From NCBI GenBank assembly GCA_013265495.1, contig MU058213.1, positions 4,216,001-4,280,000 on the forward strand: a DNA stretch of 64,000 nt, in the 5' to 3' direction. Position numbers and translations under genes: made by a program. This stretch comes from Vicugna vicugna. Taxonomy: Eukaryota. The notes below the pieces were generated by a model. The model was given only the letters and a program-made list of their open reading frames with translations. It had not been told where the DNA came from and searched no databases. Each line of letters starts with the position of its first letter. Positions within the stretch are counted from its first letter, which is position 1. Below are positions 10,515 through 24,103 of this stretch, piece after piece.

Positions 10515-10645
10515 CTCCTCACTCTGAGAGGCAGGTGATTTGATGGACAGCCAGAAAAATAGCCACTCAAACTTCAAAATGAGTCACCAATGCCAAGGAG
10601 CAAGACAGAGACAAAGGATCTACTTGTAAATTGATTCAACAGAAA
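10515..10645 (-). ncRNA. Candidate non-coding internal exon (131 nt)
   Basis: Acceptor TTTTTTGGTTTTGTCTGTCTTCCTCAG| and donor GAG|GTAAGC on the minus strand. Confidence 0.55.
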
Positions 10646-11299
10646 CTGAGGAAGACAGACAAAACCAAAAAAAGATCTGAGGTGGAAGATAAGACTTGGA
10701 ACCTGTAAATATTCTGTAAGATAAGTAAATTAACTTCCACAGCTTTTCGGAGGATAACAGATTGGTATCTACACATGGAAATGCTGCTTAAAATGCAATG
10801 AAAATCAGTTTTTTAACAAACAGCTAAGTTCAAAAAGAAAGAAGAGGTTAAAGAATGAAGAGATAAAACAAAGCCACAATGGGTTCAGCCTAAGTTGACC
10901 CTCTGATTGATTTGATGGTCCAAATAGTCCTTGTTCAGGGTTTTCTTCAGTGCCTTGTCTCTCACACTGACGCCCAGCCTTGGGCAGAGAGGTCTGGCCC
11001 TGTGCCCAGCCCAGGCTCTTGGCCACCTTCTTCAAGGTTCAAGTTCAGAAGCTGAATAAAGGATCACCCTGAGCTCCCCGAGATAGATTTTGGGAACCCA
11101 AGAGATGTCCTTGGATGAAGACCCTGAAAAGCTATCCCTGCCATGAAAAGAGAAGTAGAAAAGTCCAACCCCTTAGCTTGGGAAAGCAGTGTGAGAGCCT
11201 GTGGTTTTAATTCTCACAGGGGACTTTTTCATTTTAATCCTAGCCCTAAGCAGATAGCAAACTTCCAGGAGAAAGAAAAGGGGAGAATGAATTTTAAAA

Positions 11300-14200
11300 A
11301 CTCAATCAACCTAATAGAAAGTAGAGAATAAACAAAAAGAATTAAAGTTAAAGAATGGTAAATAGAAAACACAATGTAAGTGGTAGAAATAAGTCCAATA
11401 GGCCAATAACCAAAGTACATACAGATATTAACATATTGAAATTCTTTACTAAAAGACAAAGATTCTCAGAAAGATTTTTAAAAATTCAATCATGTACTAC
11501 TGCTTATAAGAGACACACTTAAAACATGATGACAGAGGGGCCATTATGTAAACAGATGGATAAAATGTACTAGAAAAATATTAATAAAAATTAAACTAAT
11601 ATAACAACATCAATATCAATTTTTAAAACTTTAAGGCAGACAAAATACAAGGGCAAGTAGAATAATTTATATTGAAGAAATAGTAATTTTGACACTCAAA
11701 TATATATGTGTATGTGTGTATAAATCTATAATCATATTTATAGAAGCTGTAAACAACATAAGTAATCCTATACTTCAAATTGAAAGAAACACATTCTTTC
11801 TAGCACACACGAAATATTTTTTAAAAACTGACTATGTCAAAAAGCAAATTTCAAACAAATATCAATGACCCAAAATCACATAAAACATTTTTTATAACAA
11901 CACAGTAAAGTTAGAAATAAATATAATAGTTACACTGACCTATTCATTTTAGAAACTTCTAAATAATTACAAAGTAAGGGAGAAAATTTTATGGAAATTA
12001 CCAAATGTTTAGCATCACTCAATGCAAACACTAGTACTAAAATGCATGGTATGCAATTTAAGTTGTATTTAAAAGGAAATTTAGAACGTCAAATGCATAT
12101 AATAGAAGAGAAGGAAACATATAGAGAAAAGTCAGGCAGAACAGAGAAAGCAGAAAGAAAGAAATAACAAAAAAGAAGAGAAATAGATGAAAGAGGGGAA
12201 AATCAATAAGGAATCAATAGGTCCAAAGGCTAGCTCATTCAGAAGACTAATATAATAGACAAATCTAGCAAAACAAATTGAGGGAAAAAGAGAAAAAAAG
12301 TAGGAAAATAGGACATGACTATAAATAGAGTCAAGGTTTTTAAAAGCAATAGAGAAGACAATGAATACCATTACTGACACTAATATGATTTTAACAACTT
12401 AAAGAAATAGACAGTTCTCTAGAAATAAATCACTAAAACTGACTTGAAAAAGAAATGGCTATCTGTGCATTTATTTATACCTATTAAATGAACTAAATCT
12501 GTAATTTTTAAAAACTGTACCCATTAAAAAAGAACCATGCCAACCAAGTACTTACTCAAAGAGGTGAATCTTACCAAATCTTCAAGCTTATTTCTTATAT
12601 TAGACAGACTTTTGTAACAAAGATAAACCTAGAAGAACCCCTTGCTTCATTGTATATGGTAAAGTATATTATTGATATCCAAACTGGACAGAGACAATTT
12701 GAGAAAATAGTTGGCTATTTTCACCTTTGAACACATGTGTACAGACACTTAGAATATTAGCTACATAAATGAAGCAATGCATTAAAAACACATCATAATA
12801 GAAAAGACAAATATAATAAAATGTAGAATCTGGGTGGTGGCTATATGGGTGTTCACTGTACAGACCAACTTTTCTGTATGTTCAAATTTTTCATATTAAA
12901 AATCTTGGGAAAAGTAACAAACGATCATTGTACATCTGCAAGCTCCAAAAATATATCATGACAGAATCCCAAGGAAGGTTAAATATTGAAAATCTATCAT
13001 CATAATTCATCTCATTAATACAGATGACCAATTTATAAAAACACAATTTATGAAAAAAAGAAGAAAAACTATTGGAAACTGGGAATTTATCACTAATTAT
13101 CCTGATAGAGTGTTGTAAGATTGGGTTTGGCTGGGAGTGGCAGAAAACTCCAATCTACATGGAATTTTATTTCTCTCCCATATAAAAGACTGGTTGGGTG
13201 GCCCAGATCCAAGTTCTTACTATCATTTTGTTATGTTTTGTGTGATCTTTATTCCTAAGATCAGTTCAAGGCCAATACGATTGCTCTAATCCTACTCATC
13301 ACATCTGTATTCCAGGTGGCAGGAAGGAGCAAAGGGGAAAGTGGTTATGTTTCTCCTTTAGGGATATGACTGGAATTTACATATATGAATTCTATGTACA
13401 CCGCAATGGCAGAAACTAAGTAATGTGCCCTCACCTAGTTGGTGGTGGCTGGGAAATGCAGGCATTTTTCTTGACAGCCATGTCTCCAGATAAAAATTTA
13501 AAGATTCTACTGAGGCAAAAAGGAAGAACCAGTTTGGGATGGAATAAGGAAACCAGAAGTCTCTTCCACAGGCATCTACCAGAAACTTCTGTGTTCACCT
13601 TAGTGGTGAAATGTTCCAAGTGTGCTCTTTGGAGTCAGGAACAATTCAAGGGTGCTGATATCACAGCTTCTCTTCAATCTCTATTGTATTGTATTGTATT
13701 GTATTGTAGAGTCCTAATAAGCACAATATTTGGAAAAAGATTAAGAATTAGAAAAAAGGAAAATAAATTCATCTTCATTTGCAGACTATAGAATTATTTA
13801 CGTAGAAAATTTCAAGAGAATTTGTGGGCAAATAATTCAAACAAATAGGAGAATTCATCATTCTGGATTCATGTAGGGTATAAGAGAAAAAAAATTTATT
13901 ATATATATTATCTCTCATTTATAGTAGATATCTAGGCAAAAAAATCTAATGAAATATACACAAGACCTATTTGGAGAACATTACAAAACATTACATAAAA
14001 GATGCACTAGATACATGATAAGACACAGAGGGACTGAAATATATAGCTGTGTAACTCCAGTAGTCCCCGCATGAATTTATAATGGATCTATGAATCATTA
14101 CAGCTCCAATCAGATTCCCAACAAGACTTTTCATAGAATTTAACAATTCTACCCTAAGTTCATGTGGAAGATTAAGGAGAAAAAACTGGCGAAGAAATTT

Positions 14201-15290
14201 TTGAACAGAAAACTAAGGGCTGGAGTCTTGCCCTACTAGGTTAATTATAAAGCCATAGCTATTTAAACAGTGTGGTATTGGAATAAGGATACAAAAATAG
14301 GCCAATGGAACAAAATAAACTGACACTGAACTATACAGATATGGAAACCTGGCCTAGGACAGAGCAGTGACCATTAGATAAATGACTCTAAGACAACTGG
14401 CCAGAGCCAGTACATATTCAGGGGAAAAAATACTGATCTCTACTTCCTGCTGTAACAAAAATCCATCCCACATGAATTAAAAACTTAAATGTATGAGGGA
14501 AAACTTTAAAGTTAAAAAGAAAGTATAGGACAACATCTTCATTACATTTCTTTAGGTTTCTTAAACAAAACACCCCAAACACAGATTAACAATGAGAACT
14601 TAAATACATTAAGATATAAAAATGCCATTATACAAAAGATATGCTAAACAGTAGAAATGCAAGCTACAGACTGGAAGAAGTTAATTATAACATATATTAC
14701 TGGGTATTAGTATCTAGAATTTAAAAAGATCCCTATCAATCGATAAGGAAAAACAACCATCTGTTAGAAAAACTGTCAAAGGTTTCAATAGTTAATTATT
14801 AGAAGGAACTAAATAGCCAACAGAAGAAAAGGCACCTTCCGTAACGAATGCAAATTGAAACCTCAGTGAGATCCTATTTCACACCTATCAGACAGGCAAC
14901 ATTTTAGAAGTCTGAGGTGCCCAAGTGTTGGTAGGAATATGGAAAAAAGAGGCGGGTACTTTTAAACACAGCTGGTGTGAATGTTGTATTGTTAAAAACC
15001 ACTGCTGGAGAACAACATTGCAACATCAAATGAAGTCGGTGTGCACATACTCTATGACCCAGCAATTCTGTTGGTGGGAACATATCCTAAAAAATCCGCA
15101 TACATGTGCCCGAGGAGACACAAAATAGAATGTTTATTGTAGCACTGTTTTTAACAGCGAAAAACTGGAAACAATCTAAACATTCAAAAACAGAATTGCA
15201 GATAGATGCTGCCAGAATCATACAATGAAATACTAAATACATATGTACTGAATAAATAAAAACCAGCAGAAAAGATACATGCTAATTTCA
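11300..15290 (+). mobile_element. Old L1M ORF2/3' fragments with a nested ERVL/MaLR-type LTR (~13110-13560)
   Basis: A-rich degenerate L1 ORF2 sequence (e.g. AAAACATGATGACAGAG, TTTGCAGACTATAG, CTATGACCCAGCAATTC). Confidence 0.75.
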
Positions 15291-17619
15291 GGATAGGGAT
15301 TACTTCTGGGCAGACAGGAACCGAGCTGGGCAGTGCGGGTGTGGTTAAAGTGTATCGTTAATGTTGAAACAAAACAAAAAACTCTAAAGCCATTATGGCA
15401 AGATGTCAACACCGGTTAAACGTGTTAAAAACAATGAGCTTGGTCCATATGTGCAGTCTGATAAGAAAAGATTTCCCGGATATACCGCTGAGGAAGAAGG
15501 TAAGCTGCGGAAGAATATGGAGAGTGGACTTCCATGTGTGTAAAACCTGAAACAGGAGCTTATTTGTGTTCAATGTCTCTGAATGATACAAATAAATCAA
15601 CAGCAGTGATGGCCTGTGGTGGGAGGAGACTGAGGACTGGGGTGAGTAGTGGAGAAAGAGATCTATTTTATCTACCTTTTTTTTTTTAATAGGGCTGCTT
15701 TTATCACTTGCCTATACTTTCTCAAAAGTAAAAAATTAAAGCAAAAAAAATTGTTTTAATTACAATGAGTCCTATACCAACAATGCATTTAGAGTCAAAA
15801 TTACTGTTTGGAGGACTATTTTGCATAAAAATATAGAGGGTATCCTTATGTTTGCCATCTTCCCAAAAGACTGATTTTTCTAAAGAGCTCTTGATAATAA
15901 GTTCCTTATGATCAGTCACACAGAAATATACACCCTGCTTGCTGCATCTGCTTTAACTGTGCATCTATTTATATGGGATGACGGATACTTTTCCCTAATA
16001 AATCTTAACATTTCCCCTGCTAAGGAACTGAGTGCTGACTAGATAGTTGATGACATGTGAGAGTTATTCCTACATTTTCCACACACAGTGAGGCAAATCA
16101 ATGCAATGCTGAGTCTGTTATAAACACTAACAGCTTTGGGGCATGTAAGAAGGGGAGAGTGGGTGGTGACTACAATGAATCCATAGTTTCTAGATTTTTC
16201 CTACCAGAGACAGCCTGAGGCAATTTGAGAGCAAAAGCAGGATTTGGAGTACCTAACCTCAGACGTTTTATTTCCATGAGCTAATGTGCAATCAAGAGAG
16301 CCCTGATACAACCAGATCTAGAATTCAACTACTTCAAACAGTGATCTTTCCTCTTATATTTTGCATTGAGTTTTTAAAAGTGTTAGGTTGTTCAAAGACT
16401 AATTACCTGAGTAGTGATTTTTCAAATCTTTTCTTATGAGTGACCACTTTAGGAAACAAACCAATCCAAAATAACTGATTCACACTGCTGTCTGTTGGCT
16501 CAAGCTAGACCCCTAGGGCTCCATACCCCAGGTCCATACCCTAGGTGGCGTAAAGTGCAAAGATCTGGTTTATATCACTTTACAGGTATCAAGGAGGCAG
16601 GAGAGAGACTCAGGGTAATGGGGGAAAAGAGGAAAGAGGATCACAGTCAGTCATCTCTTTTTCATGTCTTTCGTTTCACAACTTCTTCCTTCCCATGCCT
16701 GCTGGTGCACTCCCTCGCCTTGTTTCAGAGCCAAAAGACAGGTCAACTTCACTGCTTCTTATCCAAGTTGGCAGAGGTTGTGGCAGCAGGGTGGTAACTC
16801 TGCCCGATGTTCTCAAGCTGCAGTTGGGACATGTCCAACAGCAAAGTCACTCAGTAAACAGTTCTCTGTTTTCTCTTTTCCTTGAGTTGGCTGGAATCTC
16901 TCTAATCTCTCTAGTATCGCCCACTCTTTAATGCAAGACAAGCCCATGGACCAGAAACTTCACAGATCACCCTATCCTAAAACAGTCTTTTAGGTACAAA
17001 ATATCATCTACAAAATCACTGATATGCCACATTTCTTCAATTCCAAGCCCTACAGTCCTTTTGATGGTTTGACTTTTCTATTTTTAGTACCATTCCTGCA
17101 TATCACTCAGTTCAATACTCAAGACCCTTATTAAATGACATTTTATGCCTAGCTTTGTCCCTGGCTGGAGTGGGGGCGTAAGAGAAATTAACAAATATTA
17201 CATGTAATAGTTCCTTATTTTAAGAATTTACAAAGTAATTGGAGTGAAAAAAATCAATATAAAACAAATAAAGAATAACTCAAGACAAAATATCTTTAAA
17301 CACCAAAAGCAAGAGGTAAATATCAGAAACCTGGAGAAGTTAGGGAAGCTTGAAGCAAGATATTGGCCTGGAGCAGGGTTTTTAAGGAGAGGTAGAGGGC
17401 TGGGAAGGGCTTTCTAGGTGTGACAAGATGGTCAAGACCTCAGAGGCTGGTCTCAGCAGAGCAGATTGGGACTGTCAGAGACCAGTGTAATAAGGCAACT
17501 CCAATACCCAGAAAACAGGTAAACAAACAAATAAATAAAACCAAGAGGCAGAGACATGAATAAATTAGCAAAGAAGTACTTATCTTGTTACATATAGACT
17601 CCGAGAGATCAAAGGGAAA

Positions 17620-17760
17620 TCATGAATCATGTCACCACCTTCTGCCTTCATTTTACAGATAAGAATACTGTGGATTGGAGCAGTAAAGTGATTTCTCCAT
17701 ATCAGGTAACAAATCAGTGCCAGAGCAGAAATTCAACTCCAAGGCTTCTGACTCCCAACG
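17620..17760. mobile_element. MIR
   Basis: CATTTTACAGATAAGAATACTG...AAGTGATTT...TCTGACTCC core. Confidence 0.7.
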
Positions 17761-19619
17761 CATTACAGTCTGCTTCAAACCAGCACACTATTGTGTTCTA
17801 ATGACTCAAGGCCCATTGGGACTAGTGACATACTGACAGTAACAATATGGTAAGTTCCAAAATAGAGAAAGAACTGCAACAGTGATAATTTCATTTTGTA
17901 TACAGATATTTGGCATTTTTTTTCCTTGAATTGCAGTACTTACTGCGTCATGTTTCACCTCCTCTGCTTGACATTCAAAGTCTTCCATAACATGGCCCTG
18001 CCTGGCCTTTCTGACCTTATTTCTCAACACTCCTCACTTTACAGCCTCCATTCTAGCAAGATATGACCATTCACAGTCCCCACCTTTTGCCAGGCTCATT
18101 CTCACCTCTGGGGCTCCTGTCATTTCCCATTTCTCTAAGGTTTTTCCCCTTTTCAACACTGACATAGCCCGGGTTTCACTGACATAAAACCCTAAGATCT
18201 CCAGCTACAAGTCTTCCCTACACTCCTACTTAGTTCAATGCAACCCAAGTCATTTCAATACAATTTAATGGAGGACCCGCTGAATGCCAGGCTCTCTTAT
18301 TAGACACTCAGGATTCCAAAATAAGTAAGGCATGGGCTGCCCTCAGGGTGCTAAGAGTATAGACCTGGAATGCAGATACTTAAGCAAATCACTACCATCC
18401 AGAGTCATAACAATAGGTACAAAAGACAGAGACAGCCTCACTAGAGGATAGAGAAAGAAGAGATCTCATTAAGAGACTGATATCTGAGCTAGGTTAATGG
18501 ATGAGTAGGAGTTTATCAGATCTAAATTCAAGGAAAGGGCTATTCTAGGCAGAGAAGAGAGGATATGGAAATTCATAATTTGGTAACTATGATTTTGTTC
18601 TGTTCACTAAACCACATTCGGGTTTGGTACCAAGATTTGATTTGCCTTCAAAGCAGTGTATAAACAGAAGAGGAAAGGAAGATGTGGCAAGAGAGGTGGT
18701 CAGGGGCTCGTCACCAGACTACAGAGGCTGATCTGCATCCTATAGATAACAAAGTACTATGGAAGACATTTTAGGTGTCAGGAGTTAGGGTGGGTGGTTC
18801 AGTGAAATATGAGCCCTACCTTATATTCAAGCAATCAAGTAAAACCAAATGAAGGAAAGTTCTCAAGACAGACCTTGCAGAATGGGTAAAATTTCAACAG
18901 ACCAAAATGGAAGTCATTGCATCATTAGTGGAAACAGCAAAGTTGCCATTTAAGTGTTACCTGATTGTTCCAGATATGTTCAGTTTTTTCTCCTGTGATA
19001 TGTTACTTAAATTCTTCAAGGATAGTGATTATTTTTAAATTTCCTTTTAATAGTTTCAAGTAGCTAACACAGCTCTGGATACAGAGTGGTCAATTATCAA
19101 TGACCTTTTGGGATACGGCCAAAAAAAAAAGGCGCGGGGAGGAAAGAGAAAAGAAAACCCCTCATATTTGTTCATGACAGGAGCTTGTTTTTATTCCTAA
19201 ATATGTTGCTAAGAATGAAAATTCATAAGGTTTTATAAATTCATATTTGAAATGAAGATGGTGTGTATAATTGGAAGCTTATGGTTGTCTAATAAAGAAC
19301 AGAAGATTCCAATTAAAGCCAAAATTCCATCTCTAAGCATCCTTTCTCACTGTGTGGGCATCTCAACTGCTAAGTTTGTTTAATAGATCAAATTAAACGG
19401 ATGAATGCTTTTGAAGGGCATCTTAGGGACTTGGGACTTAGCTTTGCTTTGGTGCATGTTTCCCTAAACTCACTACTGACAGAAGTATCCAATCGTATTA
19501 TCAGATAGTCAAACCACTTTTAGATATTGGGGAGAGTGACAATATGACATAAATACTTCATAAAGGGCTATATATTCATGTTACTCATATTTTTTTAAGG
19601 AGAAACAAAGGACACTCAC

Positions 19620-19676
19620 TTGGTTTCATCAATTCTCCTTCCCTGCTCCAAATCTGATCAGGCTCTAAAAAATACT
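19620..19676 (-). ncRNA. Candidate internal exon (57 nt)
   Basis: Acceptor ATTTCTTTTGGCAG| and donor CAA|GTGAGT in unique sequence. Confidence 0.4.
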
Positions 19677-19939
19677 CTGCCAAAAGAAATTTTTTAAGTG
19701 CAAAGTAATTTTTGTTCCATAAAGATAAATGACTTTTCATGTGTTCAAAAGTGCTCGTATTGCATTACATATGTTATTTTTAACTCGTAAGTGGTGAAAT
19801 GCTGTCATGCGGGGATGATATTCAAAATAGCTAACAATGGTACAGCATGTTCACCAGCCATTCAGGATGGACCCCTGAACTATCTGGATGGATGCCAGCT
19901 GTTTCATCCAACCTGCCATATAAGCTCCATCTCAGCCCT

Positions 19940-20600
19940 GGTGTAGTAGACTGTCAAGCTACTTTTGTCCATACATTTCCCTTATGGTAATAGCCACACA
20001 TTTTCCTCTGGAGAATTGTCCTACCCTGTTCCAAGTGATCTTGAAGGAAATGGCCATCATGGAACTCCACCCTCCCTTGGCCACAAGGCTGGGACACGTG
20101 ATCCAGATTTAGCCAGTCAAATTACTCCACTCTTTCACCACAGTAATTGATTGAGAAATGACTGCATGACCCAGGTTAGTCCAAGCAAGTCCTCCCCACA
20201 ATTTCTCCTCTTGAGTTGATTCAGAAGATTCTCCCTGCTTTGGAGATTGCTAAAGAATGAATTGAAGAATGTGAACCTGAGGCAGCTGGAGGTCATGTTG
20301 CCTTCACAGAGAATTTCTATTGAAGAATGAAGCCAAAAAAAAAATAAGTGAACCTGAGAGATAAAGAACAAGACAGAGTCCTGACAACATTGTTTGAGCC
20401 TCTGGAACTAGCCATGCCTACAGCCAGATGCAATCTCCTGGACTTCCCATTTACTCAAAGAAATAACTTTTCTCCCTCCCTCCCTCCCTTCCTTTCTTTT
20501 TCTTCCTTCCCTCCCTTACTCCTTTCCTTCCTTTCTTTTTCTTCCCTTAAACCAAATTGAGTTGAATTTCTGTTCCTTGCATTCAAATAAGTACTGATTA
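19940..20600 (+). mobile_element. Old ERVL-type LTR (LTR16/MLT-like)
   Basis: TGTAGTAGACTG start; ...GCCATGCCTACAGCCAGA...GGACTTCCCATTTAC...TTTCTGTTCCTTGC...TACTGATTAATA end. Confidence 0.6.
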
Positions 20601-21399
20601 ATAATTATGCCCACATAACATAATTCTATATAATTTCCATTACACAATGCTGATGAAATCTTGGACTTAATTGAAAACTCTGCTTTTCATTAGATTGTCC
20701 TAAGGCTCCAAACCAATACATTATGCAACTGGAAGCCATCATGGGTCCTTAATCAGGGGAATAACAAAATAAAGATGGTGTTTTAGAAAAGTTTGCCTGG
20801 CAAGAGACGTGTGGAAATAATCAAAACAGCATATGCTCATACACGTATTCAGACATATATATGTGTATGTTTATATATTCTCCTTAATTTTCAAAGATGC
20901 CAGATGCCATCTCTTTTTGTGTTAAAACAACTGAAAAGAACTATTAGTGCCCATACCTGAAGAATGCTTGAAAATTATTATATACTCTGCCTTTAATTTT
21001 TTAAAACACTGAATCATAGATTTATATCATTCATGTATCCTATAAGCATGTATTAGGAAGTTGTTATGTGCAAGTTACTGTTATAGGTTCTAGGGATAAA
21101 AAGATGAATTAGACAATTTCTCTGCCTTCCAGGAGTTCACATTCTGGTGAGAGAAGTAGGGTAAATAGATAAGTAGTGTAAGAGTTGGCAGGACTGAGAC
21201 CCTTCCTTTTGCTGGAGGTCTCCTCCTCCTTGGATGCACTGTAAGCCAAGAGCTGGACATGGTGGAGTAGGGTAGGTGCACACAGCTCCAGAAAAGCAGC
21301 TCCTGAGTTTTCCAGGCTAAGATGCTCAATGAATCATGTAGTCCTCGATTTTCTGGTATTTCAGGCACAACTCAGATTGCATTGGTCTGTTTTTAAACT

Positions 21400-21530
21400 A
21401 ATTTATTTATTTGGGAGGAGGTAATTTGATTGATTGACTGATTGATTTTAATGGATGTACTAGGGATTGGACCCAGGACCCTGTGCATACTAAGCACACA
21501 CTCTACCACTGGGCTATACCCTCCTCCCTG
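21400..21530 (-). mobile_element. Camelid tRNA-derived SINE (vic-1-like)
   Basis: Reverse complement GGGTATAGCCCAGTGGTAGAGTGTGTGCTTAGTATGCACAGGGTCCTGGGTCCAATCCC. Confidence 0.9.
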
Positions 21531-21929
21531 CTTTGGTCTTTTTTATGTAAAGCAGTTTCTCATGAGAAAAATCAAGAATTAGGTATTCCATGGTTGATGA
21601 CTGTAGTCTTAACTCTCTTTACAAGGCCAGATATAATCTTCAGGAAGTCACTTCAGTTGGTTTTGACTTCAAATTGTAAATTTAATTTTTAGAAGTTTAA
21701 TTAAGAACAAAATTTTCGAAAGCACAGAGAGGGGACCCACTAAATTTAGATTTTCAGTAATGGAGAGGGAAGCCCCGGTTTACTTAGAGCCACTCCTTCC
21801 CTAAAGATGCACAGCAGCTAGGTCTTCAGAGTGGATTGGGTTACAAGAAATTCCTCCAGACTGTCTCATTTTCCACAGTTCCTCATCGGAATTTCACAAT
21901 ATCTTAACCCATAGCTGGAATTCACTTAC

Positions 21930-22010
21930 AAATTCCTAAGAGTTAGAGTCCAAAAAGACTCTGACAACAATTCCTTTCAGCCTTTTTCTTATCCGAGTTC
22001 CTGCATCTTT
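21930..22010 (-). ncRNA. Candidate non-coding exon (81 nt)
   Basis: Donor TTT|GTAAGT; first AG downstream of a T10CTCCTTTTC tract is ...ACTCACAG; all three frames contain stops. Confidence 0.3.
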
Positions 22011-22499
22011 CTGTGAGTGTTGTTTGGGTTTAGCGTATTATTGGTGTGTTTGAAAAGGAGAAAAAAAAAATCTTTCATTTCCTTTTCCCTTTCTAGTCTA
22101 ACTTTTCAATTTCTCATTGGACTTTCAAAATAAATGTGGTCTAAAACAGCCTGTTTTTTCACTCCCAAAGTTAGTCTTGAAGAATTACTTAAACTTTTAA
22201 ATTTAAGAGAGAGGAATAAAATATTTTTGTGTCAGATTTATTATAAAGGATTTTTAGTGCCTGACTTCCAAATTAAATGATTTGAGGCCTAGAAAGCTCT
22301 TTAGAAATTATCTAGTCCAAATTCCTTATTCTATAAATATTCGGACAGGTTAAATTACTTGCTCAATTCACAGAGCTAGTAAGGGACAAAGCCAAAACTA
22401 GAACCCAGATCTCAGCAAGGTCCTCAGCATTGCTGTGAAGTTGCCAGCCTGTTTCTCATGATAGCTATCACAAATCTCCACCAGTGTTTTCATAAACCT

Positions 22500-24100
22500 T
22501 ATACTACTAACCACCCCGCACCGTCACTCTGGCCCCTACTTTACAGAAAATTAAAAGCCACCAAGCATGATTCCAGTTTCCACTTTAAGCTTCTTCATCT
22601 CTCATCTCAAAGTAGCATTATCATTACTGTTCAAGGGTAATCCTGCCATTTGTTACCTGTATCATATTGAGTCTCATCTCCTTTGAGACTTTTTCTGTTA
22701 ATTATTTTTTCTTACATATATGAGAACTCTTTTCTCCATTTGCCCCTTCTTCTTAGCACATAAATATGCTCCAGGATTTGCATTTACAGTGACTTTATGT
22801 CCCATCTCAAAACATTCTTTCTTTTCTTTTCATCAAAACCAAACCTACTTTAATAAAGGTCTCCTCTCACTGTTCCTACATTCTTGCCCCCTATTCACTC
22901 CTTTACTTTCAAAAATATGACTTCTGACATTGCTATTCAGCTGAAAATATTTAGGCAAAGACCATCAGTGCCTTTTAAGGACATTTCAAGTCCCTCCTTT
23001 TAAGAACTCTCTTTTCTTTTGGCTTCTTTATTCTCCTCTTAACATTAGGTTTCTAATTTTTTCTCTTTCCCTTCATTCATTCCTTAATTACTATTGCTTC
23101 CCAGGGTTCTAGTCTCAGCATCCTTTCTTTCTCATACACAAATCTGTATAATGACAGAAGTCTTATAAAGGAAAAAAATTTTTCTTAAGTTTTCCATGTT
23201 GACCAAAATTGTTTTTATTATAATATTTACTTACTCAAATATGAAACTAAATATAAATTCCTTATGCTTATACTTCTTACACAAGTATACAATCAAGAAC
23301 TTTATAAAATGAATTCAAATTAAGCTAAAAATCTAAAATAAAACCTCATAAAATGAAATAAGCATTAATATGTGGATGGTTGTGTTTTTTTCTTGAAACT
23401 TACTGCCAACTCAAAATGTGAATATGGGGCTGGCTGCTAATAACATAGGTTCTTTTTAATTTAAACAAAACCGTATTTATGTGATGATTCAGTTCTCCCA
23501 CCACTTTTCTCTATTCAAACTACTATGAAACCATTCATGTGGACAAGCACATGATGACACCATTTTATCTTCACCTGACCTGATTGCATCATTTATACAA
23601 TAAATCCAGCTCTGTGATACTTGGCACCAGCAGGATTATAAACACAAATACAAATGCAGACACTGAAGTGGGCTGGTAACACTATTCACAAGGTGGTCAT
23701 TCAGATGATCCAGGTTTGTTTAAATGAAAGCATGTATATAAAAATCAATTTAGTGAACACGTAGACCCCTGGAAGTATATTTGATAGATCCCAGGAATAC
23801 AGGAACCCTAATTTTGTGGCTCCCAAATTTGTATCTGTAGCCCCAAACCCTCTTCTGAGCCTCCGTTCTGTATTTCCAACTGCCTAACAAAAGTTTCTCT
23901 ACCTACATGACCCATAATCATCCCCAGATACAACATGTCCAAACTGAACTTGTTAGCATTTCCCACGCACACACCCACTTTAACCTGTATTCCCAATCTT
24001 AGTTAATGACATCATCATCTACTCCATTGCCTAAGCCAAAAACTTGAGGCTCATACTAGATTCCTTCCTCTGCCTTACCTCCTACATCAAGACTTATTGA
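22500..24100 (+). mobile_element. L2 fragments with an intervening AT-rich, probably DNA-transposon, segment
   Basis: L2-like TCCCAAATTTGTATCTGTAGCCCCAAACCCTCTTCTGAGCCTCC...CATGTCCAAACTGAAC. Confidence 0.6.
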
Positions 24101-24103
24101 TTC

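Noticed and set aside
16827..16836. Perfect p53 half-site GGACATGTCC
   Set aside because: No adequate second half-site adjacent
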